From: a virus
Reading direction: 5' to 3' (one strand)
Length of the DNA stretch: 21,233 nucleotides
IMG/VR virus record: IMGVR_UViG_3300006598_000430
Span: 1 to 21,233 of that record
Part shown: piece by piece, positions 1 through 5,734 of the stretch
How positions within the stretch are numbered: position 1 is the first letter of the stretch
Layout: each line of letters starts with the position of its first letter
Notes under the pieces: model-generated
Told to the model about the DNA's origin: nothing
The model's input: the letters and a program-made list of their open reading frames with translations, nothing else
The model's database searches: none
Translations under genes and position numbers: made by a program

Positions 1-72
1 TGCAACTATTGTGAATATGCCTATATTTGTGACATGATTTACGATGATACAACCAAAGATGAATTCTCCTAA
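1..72 (+). CDS. 3' end of an upstream gene, possibly a Cas4-like/PD-(D/E)XK Fe-S exonuclease (partial)
   Basis: Frame 1 reads CNYCEYAYICDMIYDDTTKDEFS*. CxxCx5C resembles the C-terminal Fe-S cysteine cluster of Cas4-like nucleases. Only 23 residues are visible. Confidence 0.4.
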   Translation, partial: CNYCEYAYICDMIYDDTTKDEFS

Positions 73-81
73 ATAACAATC

Positions 82-89
82 TTTATAAA
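82..89 (+). promoter_or_regulatory. Putative archaeal TATA box upstream of the primase gene
   Basis: TTTATAAA lies in the intergenic gap, ending about 35 nt before the GTG at 124, preceded by an A-rich stretch. Confidence 0.45.
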
Positions 90-123
90 CTCTTTTTTAC
101 ATATGTAATAGTGGTGGAAGATT

Positions 124-1203
124 GTGTGCGTCACTATTCACAAGTTGCTTTACGATTCATTCCCGCGTCAAATTGCAATTCCTTACCGGATTACAACAAA
201 TACTTCTGAGGAATTTTACGAGCAGATAAACCGCTATAAATCATACAAGCGTGTATTTGCTACCATTTACAATTACACATCTTCAGAAGTGTATGACAAT
301 GCTTTCCTCAACGTAGATAAGATATTCTTTGATCTTGACGGTGAGAAATCATTTGTTGAAGCAGTAAAACTCTCAAATGAGTTTGGTAAACGTAACATGC
401 GCTACCTGATGCTATATTCTGGTGCAGGATTCCACTTCTACCTCTTCACTAAGAATTACGCGGAATTGAAGAATAAGAAAGCAGCACTTTTTAGCGCACA
501 TTCATTTTTTGTAAGGAAGTTCAAGTTGACTACGATGGATGAAAAGGTTATGGGTGATGTCGCGCGTGTTGCAACAATCCCAGGAACATTTAATAATCGT
601 CGTGGTAGATACTGTATTCCTCTTACAACAGATGATCTTGAACGTGGATTGAAGTTTATACAGCGTAAGGCCACACATCAGCCACATCCATGTGATTACA
701 CGGTTTATGGTAATAAATACCTAAACATGGAAATGTTTGATGTGGGTGGAAAATACTACAACAATCGCTACTCTTCAATCGACGCACAGGACTATAGATT
801 AGAGTATGATGATGCTATTTGTATGCAGATTTCGCATGATTCTCTGCTCAAATCTCTTCCACCATGCATTTCATCCTTACTGATAAACAGTATGTCAAAA
901 CGAGTAGGTTTTAGAGGGCGCTACTTGCTTATTTCCTATTTGCGTGATAGCGGTTTCCTCTACGGTGAGATCAAAGATATATTAGAAAAATACCTTGTAA
1001 GCACACGCAATGGACGCACAGAAGCGTATCATTGCATCGTTGAGGAGCGACAACTTGATAGACTATTTGATGTTTACAACCAACCTATTTTCCCGCGTTG
1101 TGAACTTGTCAAGCAGTATGGGTATTGTCCTCATTCTGGTTACTGTGACTTTACAAGAGAGTATGGCACGAAAGATAAACATTTAGTAAAAATATACAGG
1201 TGA
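124..1203 (+). CDS. Archaeo-eukaryotic primase: PriS-like catalytic domain fused to a PriL-CTD-like Cys-rich domain
   Basis: AEP motifs FFDLD, YSGAGFHFY and DVARVATIPGTFN. The C-terminal part has LPPC...FPRC...GYCPHSGYC, similar to the 4Fe-4S domain of PriL. Confidence 0.8.
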   Translation: MCVTIHKLLYDSFPRQIAIPYRITTNTSEEFYEQINRYKSYKRVFATIYNYTSSEVYDNAFLNVDKIFFDLDGEKSFVEAVKLSNEFGKRNMRYLMLYSGAGFHFYLFTKNYAELKNKKAALFSAHSFFVRKFKLTTMDEKVMGDVARVATIPGTFNNRRGRYCIPLTTDDLERGLKFIQRKATHQPHPCDYTVYGNKYLNMEMFDVGGKYYNNRYSSIDAQDYRLEYDDAICMQISHDSLLKSLPPCISSLLINSMSKRVGFRGRYLLISYLRDSGFLYGEIKDILEKYLVSTRNGRTEAYHCIVEERQLDRLFDVYNQPIFPRCELVKQYGYCPHSGYCDFTREYGTKDKHLVKIYR

Positions 1204-1207
1204 TAAC

Positions 1208-1852
1208 ATAGAATACTTAATTGTAGATACAAGAGAACCCAAAACTGTTCAAAATAAGATTGCTCGCATTGCAAAAACGTATAATGTTGAAGTCCGTTTT
1301 GAATGCATGGAATCAGGTGATTTTGCTTGGGTTATTGATGGTGAGAAGAAGATTGTCATTGAGCGTAAATCTGTAGCAGACTTTATTAATTCTGTGCGCG
1401 ATGGACGCTTAGAAACACAACTTACCAATCTTGAACAGTTTGATGAACCGTATCTTTTCATTCATGGTAATTTCAAGAGTCTTTATTATGTCCCTTACGC
1501 TAAACAGTGGAAAACTGCACATACAGTTGGTTCCCTCTGTTCTGTGGCAGCAAGGTATGATGTAAAGATGATTCAGTTTGATACTGCTCCTCAATTATAC
1601 CATGCAATTTTCAAGATCAAGGAAATGGTAGGAAAGGGTAAGAAAATAGAAAGTGTCAAGCATAAGAAAGTCAAGTCAAGTACAAATCCACTCTATGACA
1701 TTTATCTGTCCTTACCTGGTGTAGGTGACAGACGCGCACAGAAGTTACTAGAAGCGTATCCTAAACTTTCTGGTTTGATTACTGATTACAAGAATAATGC
1801 ACTGAAGATTAAACTCCCTAAAGATACATTAGAAGCACTCAACTTTTTATGA
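1208..1852 (+). CDS. ERCC4/XPF-family nuclease with a C-terminal helix-hairpin-helix; the start is probably upstream of the ORF-track ATG (1307)
   Basis: The in-frame upstream extension contains IVDTREP, followed by GDF, IERKSVADFINSVRDGRLETQL and the HhH LPGVGDRRAQKLL. An SD AGGTGA lies at 1198-1203 and the only suitably spaced in-frame candidate start is ATA at 1208. Confidence 0.85.
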   Translation: MEYLIVDTREPKTVQNKIARIAKTYNVEVRFECMESGDFAWVIDGEKKIVIERKSVADFINSVRDGRLETQLTNLEQFDEPYLFIHGNFKSLYYVPYAKQWKTAHTVGSLCSVAARYDVKMIQFDTAPQLYHAIFKIKEMVGKGKKIESVKHKKVKSSTNPLYDIYLSLPGVGDRRAQKLLEAYPKLSGLITDYKNNALKIKLPKDTLEALNFL

Positions 1853-1863
1853 GGTGTAAGAAT

Positions 1864-2460
1864 ATGATAATTAGTATTGAAGGTGTAGAGGGTAGTGGTA
1901 AAACCACTGTCCTCAACTATTTACGTGACAATCTGACTGACTTTGAAGATATTATCTATACGGCTGAACCTTACGCTGAAGATATGCGTGAATTGATTGA
2001 GAAACATAAGGATAACCCTGAGAAACAGTTACTTTTTACGCTACTCGATCATTATGACCATATTGATTCATTCATCACGCCTGCTCTCGAAGAGGGTAAG
2101 ATTGTGATTACCGATTCCTACCTGGATGAAATCATTGCGCGCTATGGAGTGGTCCTTACGCGCGACACAGAAGAGATTATGCGCTTCTTCGATGGAAACA
2201 CACTTTTTCCTAACATTACTATCTTCTTATATGGTAATCCATCTGTATTCGCTATGCGTAATGCTAAACGGCGTAAGATAAACAATATGTCAGAAGAAAT
2301 ACAGCGTTTACAAAAGATTCAGGATAATTATATAAAACTTGCAAAAGAAGGAAAACATCGTTATTTCATTCTTGATGCAAATGGTTCTATTGACAGCGTT
2401 TGTTTCAATGTTGAAAATACCCTTCGTTATTACCTGTATCGTTATTATCATCCTGAATAA
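1864..2460 (+). CDS. Thymidylate-kinase-like P-loop NMP kinase (divergent)
   Basis: MIISIEGVEGSGKTT P-loop, EP motif, and PALEEGKIVITD. GAGGTG at 1851-1856 favours the ATG at 1864 over 1849. Confidence 0.8.
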   Translation: MIISIEGVEGSGKTTVLNYLRDNLTDFEDIIYTAEPYAEDMRELIEKHKDNPEKQLLFTLLDHYDHIDSFITPALEEGKIVITDSYLDEIIARYGVVLTRDTEEIMRFFDGNTLFPNITIFLYGNPSVFAMRNAKRRKINNMSEEIQRLQKIQDNYIKLAKEGKHRYFILDANGSIDSVCFNVENTLRYYLYRYYHPE

Positions 2461-2473
2461 GTTTTGCACAATA

Positions 2474-2548
2474 ATGCGTGTAGAAACAATTCAAAACCCT
2501 TTTATACAACACCGTATAACTAATTGTATACAACATAGGTTGGTGTGA
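2474..2548 (+). CDS. Possible 24-aa micro-ORF
   Basis: ATG at 2474, MRVETIQNPFIQHRITNCIQHRLV*. Its TGA overlaps the next GTG start (GTGA). No clear SD. Confidence 0.2.
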   Translation: MRVETIQNPFIQHRITNCIQHRLV

Positions 2549-2796
2549 AAGTGGATTACAAGGTTTGTGGCGTCTTTGACGCGGAAAAGATCAAGGAAGA
2601 GAAGAAAGAAAAGTATTACTTCAAACTGACTGACTTTAAAGAGAGTGTTTCCCTTAATGCTGTTAATCAGTGTGGAATAACTGTAGCAAGTGTTTGTATC
2701 ATCAGTAAGAAGTCTGGTAAGATTACTCGCATTGGTGGTATTACGGATAAACTTGGATTTGATCTTGATAATTGTGGTAGAGTGAAGGTGGAGTAA
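2545..2796 (+). CDS. Hypothetical protein, paralog A of a tandem pair
   Basis: 83 aa. Aligns by eye with 2797-3042 (YFxLxD, KKSG, LGFxLDxxGRVxV). Confidence 0.7.
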   Translation: MKVDYKVCGVFDAEKIKEEKKEKYYFKLTDFKESVSLNAVNQCGITVASVCIISKKSGKITRIGGITDKLGFDLDNCGRVKVE

Positions 2797-3042
2797 ATGG
2801 GTGTTGAAGGAATTTATACTGGTGAAATTCAGGAGAAGAGTAAGGTTGAGAATGTCTATTTTAATCTTGTAGACAATGGTGAATTTGTTACTCTTGAACT
2901 TGTGGATGAGAATGGAAACCATGTGATATGTGGTAACATTTGCAACATTGGTAAAAAATCAGGTAGGATTGGTACATGCTGTAATGTTAATTGTGAACTT
3001 GGGTTTACTCTTGATTCTTATGGTCGTGTAATAGTAGACTAG
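2797..3042 (+). CDS. Hypothetical protein, paralog B of a tandem pair
   Basis: 81 aa. ATG directly follows the TAA of the previous gene, and it shares motifs with 2545-2796. Confidence 0.7.
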   Translation: MGVEGIYTGEIQEKSKVENVYFNLVDNGEFVTLELVDENGNHVICGNICNIGKKSGRIGTCCNVNCELGFTLDSYGRVIVD

Positions 3043-3076
3043 AATCAAAATATTACCCCCTAAACACATCAAAAAC

Positions 3077-3103
3077 ATAGGGAGTTTGACCCTATCTTTT
3101 TTT
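3077..3103 (+). terminator. Hairpin plus T-tract in the gap between the convergent modules
   Basis: ATAGGG-agtttga-CCCTAT (6-bp stem) then C and T7. An A5 run precedes it, so it may act in both directions. Confidence 0.55.
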
Positions 3104-3192
3104 AGATGAGTAAATATACCTCTTCAAAACAACATGCCAAAATAATACTGTTTTACTCAAAGAATTGAAGAGATTTAAAAAAGGTAAGAGGA

Positions 3193-3747
3193 TTATCCCC
3201 TTACAAACTTCCGCGTAAGGAAGTTATAGAAAAGTATCTGAAACTGCATAGAATGTTGGTATGCAGTTCTATTTCCGGTAAGAACATAATTAAACTGTGA
3301 TTCTAACCATTCTTCAAACTCTGGACTACGTAACATTGCATCGGAATCAATCTTCTGCGCATGAAGAAGTTCATGCCAAATACGTAATCCAAATCCTAGT
3401 TCATCAGTGTCCCAGGTGTTCTTTGTAACACCAACACTCTTTCCTGCACAACCACCCGCATACTTAGCACTACGGGCCTTACCATCGAAGATTACAACAG
3501 TATCATCCGCTTCAGGAATGAGAAATCCCTTCCACTCTCCTGTCATTACACGATACTTAGGTGCTTCAGTAAGGAAGTTGAACTTCCACAGTTGAGGAAT
3601 AAGGTAGAGGGAATCCTTCACAAATTCAGGATCAATGTTGTCCTCGATGTAAATATCAATTTCAATCGGTTTTACTCGCTGTGTTCCAAACACAGTAGCA
3701 ATTAAAGCAAGGAAATAGAGTTTAAACTTTTTAAAATCAAACTTCAT
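3193..3747 (-). CDS. Zincin-like metallopeptidase with an N-terminal basic/hydrophobic segment; candidate lysis enzyme
   Basis: HELLH (HEXXH) motif and N-terminus MKFDFKKFKLYFLALIATVFG. It is the last gene of the late operon, after a membrane protein. Confidence 0.65.
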   Translation of the reverse strand: MKFDFKKFKLYFLALIATVFGTQRVKPIEIDIYIEDNIDPEFVKDSLYLIPQLWKFNFLTEAPKYRVMTGEWKGFLIPEADDTVVIFDGKARSAKYAGGCAGKSVGVTKNTWDTDELGFGLRIWHELLHAQKIDSDAMLRSPEFEEWLESQFNYVLTGNRTAYQHSMQFQILFYNFLTRKFVRG

Positions 3748-3750
3748 ACA

Positions 3751-4017
3751 TCACCTCTTGATAATATTGAACAACCGGATATACCAATCTTGTCCGATTA
3801 CATCAGTAATCTCTTCATAAATCTTCTGCGCCTCTTCAGGACTAATGTAACCATCCTTGTAACTTTCATCCACAACTTTGATAATGTCCTGAATCTCTTT
3901 AAACGATACTCCTTTCCCTACAATGAATCCAATACCCACAGTAAGAAGAGTAGAAATAATCATGTAAAGAAGTCCACTATCAATTAAAAATTGTAATAAG
4001 TTATCCATGTAAATCAT
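3751..4017 (-). CDS. Small membrane protein, holin-like
   Basis: 88 aa with one clear hydrophobic segment (LLYMIISTLLTVGIGFIVG). Its position matches that of holins, after the fibre-associated genes. Confidence 0.5.
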   Translation of the reverse strand: MIYMDNLLQFLIDSGLLYMIISTLLTVGIGFIVGKGVSFKEIQDIIKVVDESYKDGYISPEEAQKIYEEITDVIGQDWYIRLFNIIKR

Positions 4018-4134
4018 TTATTCCAATTTACTTAATTCAATAATAACTTCATTACGATACTGTATAGGGACTTGTTTAATCGTCATACGTCCTGACTGAA
4101 TTGCAAATATACACATCATTACAAAAGGATTCAT
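4018..4134 (-). CDS. 38-aa CD1375/XkdX-like small phage protein (not in the ORF track)
   Basis: MNPFVMMCIFAIQSGRMTIKQVPIQYRNEVIIELSKLE*. It has a GGAGG SD, an ATGA overlap with the upstream gene and a stop abutting the next ATG. The pattern IxxGxxTIxxVPxxxRxEV resembles this family. Confidence 0.6.
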   Translation of the reverse strand: MNPFVMMCIFAIQSGRMTIKQVPIQYRNEVIIELSKLE

Positions 4135-4394
4135 AATGATTCCTCCAATGCTTCAACTTTTGTTTTGAGTTCATCAATTTCTTGCATTAAACCAGTTATA
4201 ATTAATGCAGTTATATCTACTGAATTTTTATCAGAGAGTGTGCTGATGTATTCGGGGATAGAAATGATTTCTTCATCATATTCCCATCCGCTAAACTCTT
4301 CCTCTTCAATATGTTCAACATTCGTTCTGATATAAACATTAGTTTTACCGATTTCAATAAACGGTATTGATTCTTGAGTTCCTCTAATTTTCAT
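4131..4394 (-). CDS. Small tail-fibre-associated protein (XkdW-like)
   Basis: 87 aa, acidic: VYIRTNVE...GWEYDE...EYI followed by a C-terminal coiled coil. The GGAGG SD lies in the end of the RT gene. Confidence 0.5.
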   Translation of the reverse strand: MKIRGTQESIPFIEIGKTNVYIRTNVEHIEEEEFSGWEYDEEIISIPEYISTLSDKNSVDITALIITGLMQEIDELKTKVEALEESL

Positions 4395-4397
4395 AAT

Positions 4398-5429
4398 TCA
4401 AACCTCCATTTGATAGTTGTTAATAAATGGTTGCAATGGTTTAATATATTTTTGTTCAAGTTTGTGATGATTACACCATTTAATCCAACCTCTATACGAA
4501 TTAATACTACAATATTCATTTAGAGTTAAATCTAAACCCGATTCACATGTTTTCTTTATTTTGGTCATTTTTGTTTTTAATGTTTTAGCAGTTGATTTTC
4601 TTAATAAAATGTTCTCATCGAAAAAACGATAACCAACATAATCAAGTCCACGTGAACGTGTTTTGAATACCTGTCGATCAGATTTTACTCTTAGTTTTAA
4701 ATTGCGGGCAAGATATTCTCGAATCTCATCATCAAGTTGATGAAGAAATCTTTTTGATTTATGGAATATAACGATATCATCCATATATCGGAAATAAAAC
4801 CGACATTTCTTTTCTTCCTTACACCAATGGTCAAAACCTGAAAGATATAAATTACCACTCCATTGAGAGAAATAATTGCCTATAGGTATACCGGAAGGCA
4901 CACTATCAATTATTTCATCAATTAACCATAAAACATCATTATCCTTTATTTTACGTCTATATATCTGTTTAAGAATGTCATGAGAAATAGATGGATAATA
5001 CTTATGAATATCAATCTTTAAACAATATTTTGTATCGTTCTTATGATACATTGCTTTGTTTATTCTCTTCCATGCCAGGTGAGGACCACGACCAGGAAGA
5101 GCAGAATATGTATCGTATATTAATGTTTTTATTAAAATTGGTTCAAGAATTTGCATAATTGCCCACTGACATATTCTATCTGGATAATAAGGTAATTTGT
5201 AAAGAGTTCTTACTTTTCGACCCTCTGTTTTCTCAAAGATAGTATATTCAGATGTTTTATATGTTTTATTGATAAGAGACATTTGCAAATCTTGAAGATA
5301 ATGTTCAACATCAGAGTCAACCATTTGAACTTCAACATATGAACCTTTATCTTTACGGGCATTAAGATGTGCTAATCTTAAATTGTCCATGTCATATATT
5401 TTATGATATATATTACCAATTCGTTTCAT
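4398..5429 (-). CDS. DGR-type reverse transcriptase
   Basis: 343 aa with MKRIGNIY..I...NL..A, PYYPDRICQ, LKIDIHKYYPSI, GIPIGNYFSQ (the SQ is typical of DGR RTs) and the catalytic RYMDD. It has no maturase or endonuclease extension and sits next to a TR. Confidence 0.95.
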   Translation of the reverse strand: MKRIGNIYHKIYDMDNLRLAHLNARKDKGSYVEVQMVDSDVEHYLQDLQMSLINKTYKTSEYTIFEKTEGRKVRTLYKLPYYPDRICQWAIMQILEPILIKTLIYDTYSALPGRGPHLAWKRINKAMYHKNDTKYCLKIDIHKYYPSISHDILKQIYRRKIKDNDVLWLIDEIIDSVPSGIPIGNYFSQWSGNLYLSGFDHWCKEEKKCRFYFRYMDDIVIFHKSKRFLHQLDDEIREYLARNLKLRVKSDRQVFKTRSRGLDYVGYRFFDENILLRKSTAKTLKTKMTKIKKTCESGLDLTLNEYCSINSYRGWIKWCNHHKLEQKYIKPLQPFINNYQMEV

Positions 5430-5551
5430 AATATTCTCTAAATGGATTAATCAGGTCAAGTTTTCGGTTTTACCCTACTAACATAACCGCTACACCCTAA
5501 TATTCCACCAAGAGGTGAGGACATAATTTTAACAATGCATATTTCCATTTT

Positions 5552-5682
5552 GGTGACTGCTGATATTCGAATTCGAATTCACAGGTGAATTGTTCAAATT
5601 CAGATTGAAAGGCTCTGCATTACCTGCATTAGTCCAATTCCTGCTGAAATTACCTAAGTAACCTGCTTGAAGATTCGTATAA
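5552..5682 (-). repeat. DGR template repeat (TR)
   Basis: 131-nt gap-free match to 5761-5891. All 27 mismatches are A in the minus-strand TR. It has 12 AAY codons in the VR reading frame. Confidence 0.95.
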
Positions 5683-5734
5683 AAAATCATTTATGCCCTT
5701 TTTGATAAAAAATATTTACTACATATATATCACC

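Noticed and set aside
3751-4017. Dual-start (MIYM) holin/antiholin motif and an EF-hand-like DGYISPEE
   Set aside because: There is no charged residue between the two Met codons, and EF-hand positions 1 and 3 do not match.
4131-4394. 87-aa ORF next to the RT as a possible Avd
   Set aside because: It is acidic, short and looks beta-rich at the N-terminus, unlike the basic four-helix Avd. It fits a fibre-associated XkdW-like protein better.
4398-5429. RT as a group II intron, retron or Abi RT
   Set aside because: It has no maturase or endonuclease extension and interrupts no gene. The adjacent adenine-specific TR/VR pair explains it.
5575-5590. Inverted repeat AATTCAC-ag-GTGAATT inside TR
   Set aside because: It is short, AT-rich and a by-product of the AAT-rich codon pattern.
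5529-5690. 53-aa ORF running through TR (MIFYTNLQAGYLGNFSRNW...)
   Set aside because: TR mirrors the VR reading frame and so tends to be stop-free. It has no good SD. It most likely functions as RNA.
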